This document shows positions 50,725-64,000 of a DNA stretch of 64,000 nt, one piece after another; the first letter of the stretch is position 1; the number at the start of each line of letters is the position of its first letter. The DNA is taken from positions 36,396,001-36,460,000 of the forward strand of contig NC_086108.1 in assembly GCF_963921235.1 (NCBI RefSeq), read 5' to 3'. Both the position numbers and the translations under genes were made by a program. Under the pieces are notes generated by a model that was given only the letters and a program-made list of their open reading frames with translations, was not told the DNA's origin and searched no databases. The stretch comes from Mobula hypostoma (taxonomy: Eukaryota).

Positions 50725-52000
50725 AGACCATAAGACATAGGAGCAGAATTAGATCATCTGGCCCATCAAGTCTGCTCCGCCATTCAATCATGGCCAAATC
50801 CTTTTTTTTCTCCTCAAACCCAGTTCCTGGCCTTCTCCCCATAAGCTTTGATGCCATGTCCAATCAAGAACCTATTAATACCTGCCTTAAATTCACTGAA
50901 CAACCTGGCTACCACAGCTGCACGTGGCAACAAATTCCACAAATTCACTACCCTTTGGCTAAAGAAATTCTTTGCTTCTCTGTTTTGAAAGGGTGCTCCT
51001 CTATCCTGAGACTGTGCCTTCTTGACCTAGACTCTCCCACCATGGGGAACATCCTTTCTGCATCTACTCTGTCTAAGCCGTTTCCCCCCCGCCCCCCCAA
51101 TCCTTCTGAAGTCCAGTGAGTTAGATCCAGAGCTATTAAACGTTCCTCGTATGATAACCCTCTTCACTCCTGGAATCATCCTTGTGAACCTCCTCTGGAC
51201 CCTCTCCAATGCCAGCAGATCTTTTCTAAGATGTTCACAATACTCAAGGTGAGGTCTCACCAGTGCCTTATAAAGCCTCAGCATCACATCCTTGCTCTTG
51301 TATTCTAGACCTATTGAAATGAATGTTAACATGATATTTGCCTTCCTCACCATCGACTCAGCCTGCAAGTTAACCATTAGGCTGTTCTGCACAAGGACTC
51401 CCAAGTCCCTTTGCATCCCAAATTTTTGGATTTTCTTACTGTTTAGAAAATAGTCTTCACATGTATTTCTACTACCAAAGTACATGATCGTGCATTTTCC
51501 AACATGGTATTTCGTTTGCCGCTTGCTTACCCATTCTTCAAATCTGTCTAAGTCCTTCTGTATCCCACCTGTTCCTGCCCCTCAACCAATCTTTGTCATC
51601 TGCAAACTTGGCAACAAAGCCATTCCATCATCTAAATCATTTATATACAGCATAAAAAGAAGTGGTCCCAATATTGACCCCTGCGGAACACCACAAGTCA
51701 CTGACAGCCAACCAGAAAAGGATCCATTTATTCCCACTCGCTGCCTTCTACCAATCAGCCGATGCTCTAACCATGTTTTAACTTTCCTGTAATACTATGA
51801 GCACTTAACTTGGCAAGCAGCCTCATGTGTGGCACCTTGTCAAAGGCCTTCTGAAGGTCCAAATATACAACATCCATTGCATCCCCTTTATGTATCCTAC
51901 TTGTAATCTCTTCAAAGAATTCCAACAGGTCCGTCAGGCAGGATTTTCCCTGAAGGAAACCATGCTGATTTTGTACTATCTTGTTCTGTGTCACCATGTA
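50725..52000 (-). mobile_element. CR1 LINE RT and 3' fragment in CDC73 intron 15
   Basis: ORFs 51767..51997 (QHGFLQGKSCLTDLLEFFE..DLQKAFDKVPH) and 51027..51485 (LYKALVRPHLEYC). Confidence 0.9.
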
Positions 52001-53639
52001 CTCCCATCACCTCACCTCATCTTTTCACATGTAGAGTCCTCTGCTGCCAGAAGTCAGTCTCATGAACTATTGCGTTCCTCTGAATAGGGAGACCAAAACT
52101 AATCTTGAAGCTACAAATATAATCTCTCCATAAACTTCTGTAGTTACGACAGTAGTTACAACATGCTCTAACATCTTTGCAATAAAGTTACCAGTATATT
52201 CCCTCTAATTTGCAGTACCTACATATTAATTTTCTGTATTTGTATACCAGGCCGTTTTTTTTTGTATTCCTTTCAAGTATTCTACCAAATTGTAAAATTT
52301 CACCACATTATACTGCATCTATCATTTTCTTTAGCTTAAGGTGCCGTTATATATCTGCCCTATCCTTGTGGTATGTGTTCTCAACTGGTCTGATATTCTA
52401 GATCTTTTGATCCCTTCATCTAAAGCATTGTTTTAGCATATAACTTAAGATCTTTAATAGCACTTGGAAGTTACAATCCAGCCACCCATTAATAACCCAC
52501 TTACTTCTACTGTTTGCTCACCAGTCTTCATTCCAAGATTATAGTTCCAGTTCTTACAATCTCACAACACCATCCTTTGATTTTTGCTTTCCTGCCCTGC
52601 TAATACACATTCAAAAACCTAACTATATTTTCAAAAAGGCTTTCCTCTTAATACAAACCAAATGGACTTCATCTCCTTGCCATTTTCTAGTTTAGGTAGC
52701 TTTTGATGAATCTAGTCAGGCCCATATTGAGTTCCTCATTGCTCATTTGTATTACCAGATGCTATTTAACATTTTATTTAAATTGCTCATTGTAGTAACT
52801 ATTTAGAAACAGTAATCAGCCATTCATCCCTTGACCCTACTGTATTATTTGATCATATCATGAAGAATCAGTACCTTGGTTGCGTTTATCTGTCTTCATT
52901 CCATCCCCTTAATGTTCTTGCCAAGTAAAATTCTTATCAGTAATTGAAAAGTTAAAAACTGCAGGTGCTGGAAAGGTTTATGGAAGATAATCAACTGAAT
53001 TATTAAGTCCCTTTTGGTCCCACAAATGCCACCTGTCCTAAGTTTCCAGTATTTTCTATTTTTAAAACTGTTATCTGTCTCTGTTCAAGCTTTTTTATTG
53101 ATATGGTATCTTTTTGAGAAAAGATAATTCTAAATTTACACACTCCCATTCCTATGGAAAAGGAGCTTACCCACATCACCACAAAATGGCCAGGCTCTAA
53201 TATTAAACTCATTATCCCTTCTGGACTCTATATCTACCAAATCAAATCCTTAAATTATTTTACATGAGCCCTAAGATGACTAAGTCTTGATCTTGTATTT
53301 AATGCCTAATTCAGGTAGCATTTTCATTGAATGTGTAGGAAAGGTCAAGGTTGATAGATTCTTGATCAGTAAGGGTGTCGAAGCTTACAGGAGAAGGCAG
53401 GAGTTTGAGGGGGATAATAAATCATCCATGATGGAATGGTAGAGCAGACTCATGGGCTGAATGGCCTAATTCTGCTCCTATGTCTTATGACTAATGACAC
53501 CAAATACTGACTTGTAGTATAAATCTGGAGGTAGTAAGGTTAAGAATTACTGATGTATTGTCATTACACAGGATATAAAGGAGTGTCTAATTTCTTATGT
53601 CATATTGGTCAGTTGAACTTTGGTTTTTGTTTTTTATTC

Positions 53640-53850
53640 ATTTAGAGATACAGCCTGGTATCGGGCCCTTACGGCCCAATGAGCCTGTGGTACCCAATTA
53701 CATCCAAGTGGCCAATTAACCCAGAGCACCCGGGAGAAACCCACAAGGTGCGGGGAGTTTGTACATATACCTCACAGACAGTGGTGGGAATTGAACCCCG
53801 GTCGCTGGCACTGTAAAGCGTTGCACTAATTACTAGGCTACCGTGCCACA
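53640..53850 (-). mobile_element. V-SINE (HE1-like, shortened)
   Basis: Minus strand has a tRNA head with ggggttcaattccc, V-domain gtgggtttctcccgggtgctc, and tail gggccgtaagggcc. Confidence 0.8.
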
Positions 53851-55194
53851 CCAAAGATTAAATAAGTAAGTTAGATTTAAGAATATAACTTACAAAACTT
53901 TTATGTACTAGAACAGATCAGAGGTTATGTACCCCCAGTTTCAAACTGGGAGAATGCTGATCTGCTTACCACTCAAGTGGTTGAATGTGATGTAACAATG
54001 CTCTCAAATTCAGCCAGAGCATTTTGCTTGCTTGTTCATGCAGAATAACAATGGTTACCACAATAAAGAAAGTCATCTGGCCAATTGAAACCCTAGTGGC
54101 TCAATGCAAGAGCAAAGCTGCTAGTACCAGTCTCTCGGACAATGGAAAAGATTCTGCTTCAGATACTTAGCAAGCTTCCCTTTGAGTGCTGCAGTTGATT
54201 ATAGTTCTGATACCATCCCAGAAATGCCTTTCAACCTTTTTTCCCCTTTTTGATTTTCTTGCCATTGCAAAGACATTAGATGTTTTCCTTCACTTTTAGC
54301 TTGTTAACATGTTTGTTTCCTATCACTCTACTGTGCAGCATGTTAATGTAAAAATATCCTGCCTCTGACTTTAGAAGCTATGTTAACATCAGACTCTTAA
54401 TCTTCACTTGGAACCTGTGTTGTTGGAGTTTTTGGCACTTGAATCTCTTAATCATTGCTGTGACCAGTTTAATTTTTGGAAGAACTTAAGAATTCTGTTT
54501 GATCCAGTTGCTTAAAGCTTGTGGACATGAATCAGAGCATTGTGACATTATTATAGAATAATATATGTCAAAATTTAAGAACATAAGCGTGAAGAATAAG
54601 CAATGAATCCAAAGCACCTATTCAACCAGCAAATAAAAGTTAGGGCACCATGAATTTCCCACCAAACCATGGAGATTCTGTGTCCTTTCAAGTCCCAATT
54701 TAAAGATTAAGTAATGAGTTGTGATCAACATTATAAGTTGAGATAGTTCCCTTATCGCTGCAGTTCATTATTTATTGATTTATCCACTGTTATTAATTAT
54801 ATATTTTAGTCAAACTTTCAGTGCTGATATGAAAGAAATCTCAATAGCTCCCAGGCCATATGATGTATTACATATTTAATTGGTACATCAGTAGATCATT
54901 CAGCTCCTCAAGCCTCTTCCTTTATTCAGTAAGTCAGAGTTAATCCATACTTTGGCTCCCTTCATCCATTAACATCTTCCTTTGACGAAAGTTTGACTTT
55001 TGGAGTATTTGCAAATTAACCTACCATGCAATTTCTGGATTTATGTAGACTAAATGCTGTTTGGTTATATATAGATCACATTTATGGGAGATAAATAAAA
55101 TGATAATATTTTAAACTACCATTTTGGGTTTTGTGCAGTGTACCCTTCTTGGAGTTTAAAGCAATAATGTATGTGACTTGCAGCTACATTGACA

Positions 55195-57148
55195 TAGACA
55201 TAGTCATAGTCATACTTTATTGATCCCAGGGGGAAATTGGTTTTCGTTACAGTTGCACCATAAGTAATAAATAGTCATAGAACCATAAATAGTTAAATAG
55301 TAATATGTAAATTATGCCAGTAAATTATGAAATAAGTCCAGGACTAGCCTATCGACATAGGGTGTCTGACCCTCCAAGAGAGGAGTTGTAAAGTTTGATG
55401 GCCACAGGCAGGAATGACATCCTATGACGCTCTGTGCTGCATCTTGGAGGAATGAGTCTCTGGCTGAATGTACTCCTGCGCCCACCCAGTACATTATGTA
55501 GTGGATGGGAGATATTGACCAAGATGGCATGCAACTTAGACAGCATCCTCTTTTCAGACACCACCGTGAGAGAGTCCAGTTCCATCCCCACAACACCACT
55601 GGCCTTACGAATACGTTTGTTGATTCTGTTGGTGTCTGCTACCCTCAGCCTGCTGCCCCAGCACACAACAGCAAACATGATAGCACTGGCCACCACAGAC
55701 TCGTAGAACATCTTCAGCATCATCCGGCAGATGTTAAAGGACCTCAGTCTCCTTAGGAAGTAGAGACAGCTCTGACCCTTCTTGTAGACAGCCTCAGTGT
55801 TCTTTGACCAGTCCAGTTTATTGTCAATTCGTATCCCCAGGTATTTGTAATCCTCCACCATGTCCACACTGACCCCCTGGATGGAAACAGGAGTCACCGG
55901 TACCTTAGCTCTCCTCAGGTCTACCACCAGCTCCTTAGTCTTTTTCACATTAAGCTGCAGATAATTCTGCTCACACCATGTGACAAAGTTTCCTACAGTA
56001 GCCCTGTACTCAGCCTCATCTCCCTTGCTGATGCATCCAACTATGGCAGAGTCATCCGAAAACTTCTGAAGATGACAAGACTCTGTGCAGTAGTTGAAAT
56101 CCGAGGCGTAAATGGTGAAGAGAAAGGGAGACAAGACAGTCCCCTGTGGAGTCCCAGTGCTGCTGATCACTCTGTCGGACACACAGTGTTGCAAGCACAC
56201 GTACTGTGGTTTGCCAGTCAGGTAATGAAGAATCCATGACACCAGGGGAGCATCCACTTGCATCGCTGTCAGCTTCTCCCCCAGCAGAGCAGGGCGGATG
56301 GTGTTGAACGTACTGGAGAAGTCAAAAAACGTGACCCTCACAGTGCTTGCTGGCTTGTCCAGGTGGGCGTAGACACGGTTCAGCAGCTAGACGATGGCAT
56401 CCTCAACTCCTAGTCGGGGCTGGTAGGCAAACTGGAGGGGATCTAAGTGTGGCCTGACCATAGGCCGGAGCAGCTCCAGAACAAGTCTGTCCAGGGTCTT
56501 CATGATGTGGGAGGTCAATGCCACCGGTCTGTAGTCATTGAGGCCACTGGGGCACGGCATCTTCGGCACAGGGACGAGGCAGGACGTTTTCCACAGTACA
56601 GGAACCCTCCGGAGCCTCAGGCTCAGGTTGAATACATGGCGAAGTATTCTACATAGCTGAGGGTCACAGGCTTTGAGCACCCTGGTACTGACACCATCCA
56701 GTCCTGCAGCCTTGCTTGGGTTGAGATGTTTCAGCTGTCTTCTCACCTGTTCAGCTGTGAAGCCCACCGTGGTGGTTTTGTGTGGGGGAGGGGTATAGTC
56801 ATGAGAGCAGGGTGGGGGACTGTGAGGAGGCGTAGGAGGGGCGAGTGGAACATGTGTTGATTGGTGGCCGACAACAGATGGCTCATGTGGGGGATGGGCA
56901 GGGGTCACAATGTCAAATCTGTTAAAGAACAGGTTAAGTTCGTTGGCCCTGTCCACACTGCCCTCAGCTCCTCTGTTGCTAGTTTGCCAGAACCCAGTGA
57001 TGGTCCTCGTCCCCCTCCAGACCTCTCTCATGTTGTTCTGCTGGAGTTTCCACTCAAGCTTCCTCCTATACCTGTCTTTAGCCTCCCTGATCCTGGCTTT
57101 CAGGTCCCTCTGTATTGCCCTCAGCTCCTCCCTGTTTCCATCTCTGAT
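55195..57148 (-). mobile_element. Young 5'-truncated Rex1/Babar LINE (RT with one in-frame stop)
   Basis: ORFs 56387..57031 and 55349..56341 share a frame and are separated by one TAG. Motifs KAAGLDG, DYRPVALTS, FFDFSSTFN, GTPQG and KFSDDS; (ctatg a/t)n tail. Confidence 0.95.
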
Positions 57149-57321
57149 GTGTACAAGGAGTATACTGGTTGCATTCTTGCCTCTGGGGAATATAAAACTC
57201 TTAACTCTATGGTATGCCCCAAAGCTCAGTAAGGGTTAAATAAATTCAAACTATCTTGTTTTAAGTCTGATACTGTTCTGTCTCGCATTGATTAATTGCT
57301 GGATTGGCCACTCTTCCCCAG

Positions 57322-57463
57322 TCAAGGCATTCCATCTCAAGTATGATGAGATGCGCCTGGATCCAAATGTTCAGAAGTGGGATGTGACTGTTCTGGAACT
57401 CAGCCACCACAAGCGCCACCTTGACAGAGCTGTATTGCTACGTTTCTGGGAGACTTTGGACAG
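57322..57463 (+). CDS. CDC73: CDC73 coding exon (equivalent to human exon 16), 142 nt; not in the ORF track
   Basis: Acceptor ctcttccccAG|TC and donor AG|GTaaat. A+TC = Ile, then [46 protein letters not shown](R). Confidence 0.97.
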
Positions 57464-57729
57464 GTAAATGCCAAACAAATTATATTTGTCATGTTGGACA
57501 TGCTCATTCGTGAAAATGAGTCTATCATAATTTGATTAAAACTCATCTTCAACCCTCGTCCTCTTCCTCCACTCACCTTGTCCTTCACCACCTCGCCCTC
57601 TCCTCCCCCACTTGATCCCTCCTCACTTGCTCTTCCCCACCACCCCCTCACTTGCTGTTTCCCTTCCCCTCCACTCACTCTTCTCCTAATTCTGCTGGAC
57701 AAGATCTATCTTCACTCGGATAGTTAAGG

Positions 57730-58870
57730 CCTGATCAGGAAAGGTCAGCATTGTTTTTTCTGCGTGAGGTTACGTGCAGTGAATTTTTTGGAGTCTTTCA
57801 AAGAGGTAACTAAGGTGACAGATGAATATAGGGCAATGCATATAGCCCTTCTGGACTTTGGAGCCTCTGACAGGGTCCCATATGATAGGCTGATCTGAAA
57901 GATGAGGTTGCTCAGGTTTCAGGGAGAGTTGCAATGTGGATTTAGAGTTAGCTTGATGATAAGAAGCAGAGGGTGATGGTTGACAGTAAATTTTCTGACT
58001 GAAGGCTTATTTATTTAATTGATTTAGCTGTAAGTCTACATGTCATGATCAGCGAGTTTGCTGATGATACTTAAAGGGTCTTGTTGATAGTGAAGCGAGG
58101 TGCAATGAATTGCAAAGAAATTTTGATCTCTTAGGGGAATCGGCTGAGGAATGGCTTAGTTAAGTGTGAGATGATGCATTTTGGACATAGGGCATTTTGG
58201 ACCTACAGTATATAGTGAATAGCAGGGCACTAATGAGTGTTGTGGAACAGAGGGATCTGGGACTACAAGTGCACAGTTCACTGGAAGTAGATAGGATGGT
58301 AAAGGAGGCTGTTAATATTCTGGCCTTTATCAGGCAGGGCATTAAGTTTAGGAGTAGGAACATTATGTGAAGGTTATATACGTTGTTGGTGAGGTCACAC
58401 TTAAGAGTATTGTGTACAGATTTGATCAACCTGTTATTGGAAAGACTTCATGAAGGTGAAAAATTTTTGAGGATGATGCCGGGACCAGAAAGTTTGAGAT
58501 AATATGCAGAGGTTGGCCACACTGGATCATTATTCCTTGGAGTGCAGGAGAATGAGGGATTTTGTAGAGGTTTATAAATTCATGAGATGTATAACTTAGG
58601 TGGATGGTTATGGTCTTTTCCCCAGGTTTGGGGAATCCAAAACTAGAGGACACAGATATAAGAGGAGAGAGCCTTGAGAGTTAACTTCTTTACACAGAAG
58701 ATAGTGAGTACCTGGAATAGGCTGCCAGAGGAAGTAGTGGAGGCAGATACAATTGCAACATTTAAAGGGCATTTGATTAGATCCATGGAGGGAAGGGTTT
58801 GGAGGGTTATTAGCCAAACACGGGCAACTAGGACTAGCAGGGAAGATGCTGTGGTCTGCATAACTGGTAG
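57730..58870 (+). mobile_element. Old CR1 LINE RT and 3' fragment in CDC73 intron 16
   Basis: Decayed EFADDT and LVRSHL, plus ORF 58674..58892 (FFTQKIVSTWNRLPEEVVEADTI). Confidence 0.8.
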
Positions 58871-58924
58871 CCGTAAGGCTGCTATACTATAGTAATATAC
58901 TCTGCTATATTACTCTAAGAAGCA

Positions 58925-59330
58925 CCCTGCCGATCTCTGCCCCACCCACCCTCCCTCCCATCGCCCTCTGGCCCACTCCCATTCCCCTCTCTGGTCTGTG
59001 CAACCCCCACTTTCTATCCTCTCATCTCCTTCTTGTTGTCTACGCTCCCACTCCCACTTCTGCCTTTCTCCAAGCCCTCAGCTCTCCTTCCTCTCTCCAT
59101 TTTCTCCCTCTGCCTGTCTTCCTCCTTCTCCCGCACCACCTCTCACACTCCCGGCATCCCCCTCTCTCTACAATGTTATCTCTCTCCCTCGCTCACTCTT
59201 CTCCCCAGCCCTTCCACTTCTGCACTCTTCCTCGCACTTCCTCCTCCCTTTCTCACTCAGTCCTCCCCTTCTCTCCCCCTCCCACTTGCTCCATGTATCA
59301 CTTTCTCTTTTTCAACATTCCCCCCAGGTG
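58925..59330. repeat. C/T-rich low-complexity tract (similar tracts at ~10015-10125 and ~57545-57690)
   Basis: Almost purely polypyrimidine on the + strand, producing spurious S/P/L-rich ORFs. Confidence 0.85.
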
Positions 59331-60518
59331 CTTTAAAGTGGTGCTGCCACAGGCAATGATTCCGTGTAGCTTGCACACTGTATGTATGGCCTACATTGGT
59401 TCCCCTGCTACTTTTTTGTTGATTTTGGTACCATTTTCCTTATTGGCTGATCCATACATGGCATTTGCTCTTCTCAACCTCTGTACTGTATTTACAGCAT
59501 TTGAAACATCTAGACTTGCGTGGATCCCTAATTAATGTAACATCGGCAGTTTTGTTTTCAGTTCCCTGAACTGTTGATACTCTCCCCTTAATTTTCAACA
59601 ATTACTTCATGGATCAACTTTTGACAATCTGCTCTATTATTTCCTTGAAATTGAACATTAGATTTAATTTGCAAAAATGGAAACAACATTGGAGCATTTT
59701 AGTATGTTAAAGATGCTATAAATAAACGCTGTTGCATTAATAAGTGACTGGTCAGCCCTTCCTCATCACATATCTGGCACAGTAGATAAGAAAATGCAGA
59801 TTAAATTATCGATCAAGTGAAAGCCTCCTTAATCTCCAACTCCTTAATCATTGAAGCACTTTCTCTCTGCTGGTGTATCAGCCTAATATCCAAGCCACTG
59901 ACTGCTTTTTAAACTTACTACCTTCAAATGAATTAACTTGATAGATTGCCAAAAAGGTTCTACATTTTTTTAGTTCTATTACTGGGCCTTGGAAAAAGAA
60001 AGAAAATCAGTTCTAAGAATTAATTTGAGAGCAACCGCTTGTATATAATATTAAATGTAGAGTAAGCAGTGACAGTTCAGTAACTGGAGATACAATCACT
60101 CTGACAAATTAACTGTTAAGAATAGGCAATTCAGCCTTGGCTCAGTAGCTTCATGTACTTCAACACTACATACATTAGCAGCACAGTACCAATATCAGTT
60201 CCATCACAGTATAGTGCAACAAATCTACTGATAGCTAGCAAGACACTTTGCCAGATGATAATACATCTTTTACTCTTTTTAATTTTAATTGACCTAGTTT
60301 CTTTCTAAAAAGAAAATTCAATAGAAAAATTGTGTAGAACCTTTTTGGAAATCTGTCAAGTTTATTCATTTCCTAAGAGTAGAAGCAATTGGTACATGAT
60401 TTATAGGTCCCTCATAAATGGCAAAACCATGAAAAATCCTCTGTACAGAAGTTCTTTAGCTGGAGCCTCTTTTTGTGATAGCTTTCAAAGAAAATGTTTA
60501 CTTTTTGTGGGTGTGGAG

Positions 60519-60597
60519 CAGAGGTTCCCAACCTTTTTTATGCCATGGATCCTTCCCATTAACTGAGGGGTCCTTGGACCCAGTTTGGGAACCCCTG
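60519..60597. mobile_element. 79-bp hAT (Charlie-like) MITE
   Basis: TIRs cagaggttcccaacc and gtttgggaacccctg; 8-bp flanks gtgtggag and gtatagag (6/8 match, decayed TSD). Confidence 0.8.
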
Positions 60598-62817
60598 GTA
60601 TAGAGGGTTGAGGGGGGGCAACTTGAGCAACAGGTGAATTAAGGAGCTCAACACTTTCTCAAAATCAATGTAAGTAGAATGTTGCAAAGATAACAAGAAG
60701 CAAAGAATTGAATATTCCCAGTGGTACAATCTTTTCAAAGTAGACTTGGTACTTTGCTAATCAGATGTTCATGGAAAACATTGTTGAAATGGGTTTTTTT
60801 TTTTGCTCGATTGGATATTCTAGCAGTGTGTGTACTCTAGGAAGCACAAAAATCCTAGAATACTTCTGGCATGTTGGCAAAGTTCCTGGGTATTGAACAA
60901 GCAGAGAATGTAAATCTTTGAACTGTATTTGTTTTCAAAATTCTGTCTTTTTTCCTTTTTGCCATGCTAAAAGTGTTAGCTTTCACATTGCAATTAATTT
61001 GCATCTCAAAATGAAACTAAATTAGCCCCAATATACTGATGGATAGATACATAAAGTCATAGAGCTTCACACCATGGAATCAGAATCTTCTGCCCAGCTC
61101 ATCCATGTCATTCAAGTTGCCACACTGAATCCCATTTGTTTGTGTTTGGCCAGTATTCCATGTTCCCTTAAATATTTTAAGCATTAAGAATGTATGCAAA
61201 ATGAACTCACTTCTATTTCTTGTTAACCATTTAATAGTATACAAAAGGATCTTAATATGTATATGATCTTAAAACTAAGAGTTTATTGTTGTTTCTGATG
61301 TGTACCTTAAGCTGTGATCTTATTCTGATGGTTGTGGTTGTTAAGTGCTGCGTTTCTGACTGGACCTAAAATGACTGACAGGCTGATTGTTTAAAAAAAA
61401 TTTTTTGATAGTCATTATAGCTACTTTTGCCCTAAAAATTAAAATGGATTGCAAGAAATGGAACATTATGTGTTTACTGTGTACCCATTATAACTAAAAT
61501 GTTCAAATGCTCATTGACATACTGGATTCATTCTCCTTCATTCTGTGAAATTCATTTCAGAGTAACGTATAATTATTCTGATGTAATAAAAAGGAAAGTG
61601 ACAGCATTTGATCCAAAAACAAATTCTTTGGTAGTGTTTCCCAAGCTATTGACTACCAGCCAGGTGGAGGTGTGGAGTGTCCATGGCACTTTGCATATCC
61701 TAATTAGTACCATGAAGAGATTCTTAGTTCCTTTAACAAGAATAACCAGAACTGGTTTGATGAGATTGACTATAAATTCAAAAGGTAATTGACTGCCATG
61801 TAAGGCACTGCTGGAGTGAGAACTTCATTTCTCAAGGATAAAGAAATAGCTCTACAGGGCATCTGAAAGCAGAACTCCAGCAAAAAAAAACCTGCCTTGA
61901 CATGAGCACCCAGCAGCTGGGAGGACTCAGAATGGCTGCTCACAGAAGTTTTTGTTTTATGATGCTTAAAATCTCATTGAACAAATCGAATATTATTGCT
62001 GACTGCTGGGAATTGCAGGTACATGACTGGAAGGAATGTTTTGGGCTGATAGAGGAAACCATGAGTCAATGCATTGGAAGCACACAGAAACTCAGCAGAA
62101 GTAGTTTCGTACTCTACCCATCCTGTCAGTCTGTCAGGTGTCTCTTACCCTTGTGTGGACAAGTCTGTAGTTCCCACAGGCTTCATCAGTCATCTCAGAA
62201 CTCATAAAACAGGAGCTGATGCAAAACATCCTCAATTCTAAGGAACTGCCCAAGAAGCTGTTTATATAGTTGGATTATCAAGTTCTCATATCTTGAATGA
62301 AGTCAAATGAATATCATTTTTTTTTGTCTTAATTCATTTTTGCCCACATTCATTACAGAGATTCAATACTAGTTCTTATGGCTATTATTTGTGCACCTGT
62401 TGTAATTAGAATTCTTGAACTGAGTTTTATGAGCCAAGAGTTGATGCATTTGTGGAGAATACCTTCCTACTAGTATGTTTATCTCATCTTCATTTCTAAA
62501 GTTAGAATTCATTGAGATACACAGCAGGTGTAGAGGACATTTAGTAAGCAAGGCATTGTCCAAATTCAGCCCTTCCTCCTGACTGTAAACCATTCAGCTC
62601 GTACTTCCAGGGATGTCAATATGTAGAGAAGTACAATGCACCCTTTTAATCTAAAGGTTGTGCCCATTTTTTGAGGCACCAACAAAATACATTTTGTCAG
62701 AAATGAATTACATAACTTGCTTAATCTATAAATTAGTATTAATGCTATGCAGCAAGGTATTGTAATCTGAATAATATTTGTTGTGTGACAATGTTTCTTT
62801 TTTTATTAACATAATAG

Positions 62818-62854
62818 GTACATGGTGAAGCACAAATCCCACCTGAGATTCTAA
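62818..62854 (+). CDS. CDC73: CDC73 terminal coding exon (equivalent to human exon 17), ending in TAA; not in the ORF track
   Basis: Polypyrimidine tract, then aatAG|G TAC ATG GTG AAG CAC AAA TCC CAC CTG AGA TTC TAA = (R)YMVKHKSHLRF*, the parafibromin C-terminus. Confidence 0.96.
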
Positions 62855-64000
62855 ATTATCTGAAGGTCTCTGATTGCTGCCATTCATTTCTGAGAGGTTG
62901 GAGGAGTTCTACAAAAGACTCATCTGTCTTGGGACTAAACTGTTTCATTGGCTTGTCTACGCTTCTCAAGAACAGTGGCGTTACAGTATGGGTCAATCCG
63001 AATTGATCATATACAATACTTGTTGGATTTTTTTATTGCATTGGAGAATTGGTCTGCAAAAATTAGGCAAAGAATTGTGCTTATACTACCAGTTTTCCAA
63101 TGGTAGATTGTCTTCTAGTCTGAAAAATCAAATTTGTATTTTATTCTATAGTGTTTATTTTTCAGACAGCACTTTTTTTTAAACATTACCCAATCCTTTT
63201 TTTTTCCCACCTCAGTCTTTTAAAGATGATTGTTGAGTGCAAACTGCAAATTCTATATCATCACTCTTGTGGGGTGGGAATTTCTTCAAACAGTTCTTCT
63301 CAGGTAGTATAAGAGGTAAGACAGCCATAGATGACATAGGTTGACTTATATTTTGTTTGTGGAAAATATTACTACAAAATTATACATGTAAGAACAACTC
63401 TCTTGGGCTACGATGGATGTTGAACAATCATTTGGTTATTGTCAAGAATTTAGGCAGAAGAATAAAGACATAAAAGAGATCCGTTATTACTTTTATGGAG
63501 AGATTAATTGAAAGTCCTGAGCTATAGAGGATCGTCTAAAAAGATTAGTAATAGTGGTCTAACTTTGAAACCTATCATCTGTACCTGGTGTTCCAAGCAC
63601 AAATGTGAAAACCTGATAGTGTATTTCAAGTTATGTGTTACAAATTTCTCAGAAGTCCATCTAGTGCAGACATAGAAATGATTAAAAATCCAGTTGTGCT
63701 GCTTGCTGACGTGAGATAAATATATTACATAAAGTATCATTTTGTTACTGTTTTCATTACACTTCCATCAGTGTATTGAAAGGGTTCACATTTATTTCCC
63801 TCTTTAAGAAAAGGCAAGGGATTTTTTCTTTGGGCAGAACCATCATTCATTCAACCTCTGAAATACAAGGAATACTTGTAGGGAGCTGATGACAGTGAAC
63901 ATTTTTTTTAAATTAATGTCTACATAGTGCATTCAGAATTTGATTTTATAAGGTATGGCTCATTGTGATTCATGACAGGAGTAATGCTGATGCAATGTAT
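62855..64000 (+). other. CDC73: CDC73 3'UTR / downstream region with candidate poly(A) signals AATAAA (63461-63466) and ATTAAA (63681-63686)
   Basis: Follows the stop codon, is AT-rich and has no recognisable TE. The true 3' end cannot be determined from sequence. Confidence 0.55.

Noticed and set aside
58998..59535. Overlapping Ser/Pro/Leu-rich ORFs (also 9923-10252 and 57400-57702)
   Set aside because: Artefacts of polypyrimidine low-complexity sequence, which lacks stop codons.

Overview
Eukaryotic (vertebrate) genomic DNA. The repeat set (CR1-type LINEs, HE1-like V-SINEs, Penelope-like elements, Rex1/Babar) suggests a cartilaginous fish (inference). The only host gene recognised is CDC73 (parafibromin, PAF1 complex) on the + strand. 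Its last four coding exons (equivalent to human exons 14-17: 43296-43457, 50296-50396, 57322-57463, 62818-62854) splice in frame via GT-AG junctions to the C-terminus ...YMVKHKSHLRF*, followed by 3'UTR. Positions 1-43295 appear to be one >43-kb intron. Most of the rest is transposable-element debris: many CR1 fragments, Rex1/Babar, Penelope-like elements with hammerhead-ribozyme motifs, a BEL/Pao remnant, two Tigger/pogo deletion derivatives, Tc1, hAT elements and SINEs. Most track ORFs are TE fragments or noise. The most notable items are a 185-bp TSD-flanked insertion with an intact hammerhead core (antisense to CDC73), a 106-bp-arm palindrome in a Tigger element, a compound hAT-like element with a 6-bp TSD, and an inverted Rex1 pair bracketing exons 14-15. 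I found no clearly novel system. TE boundaries without a TSD or TIR are approximate, and family names come from motif recognition, not database searches.
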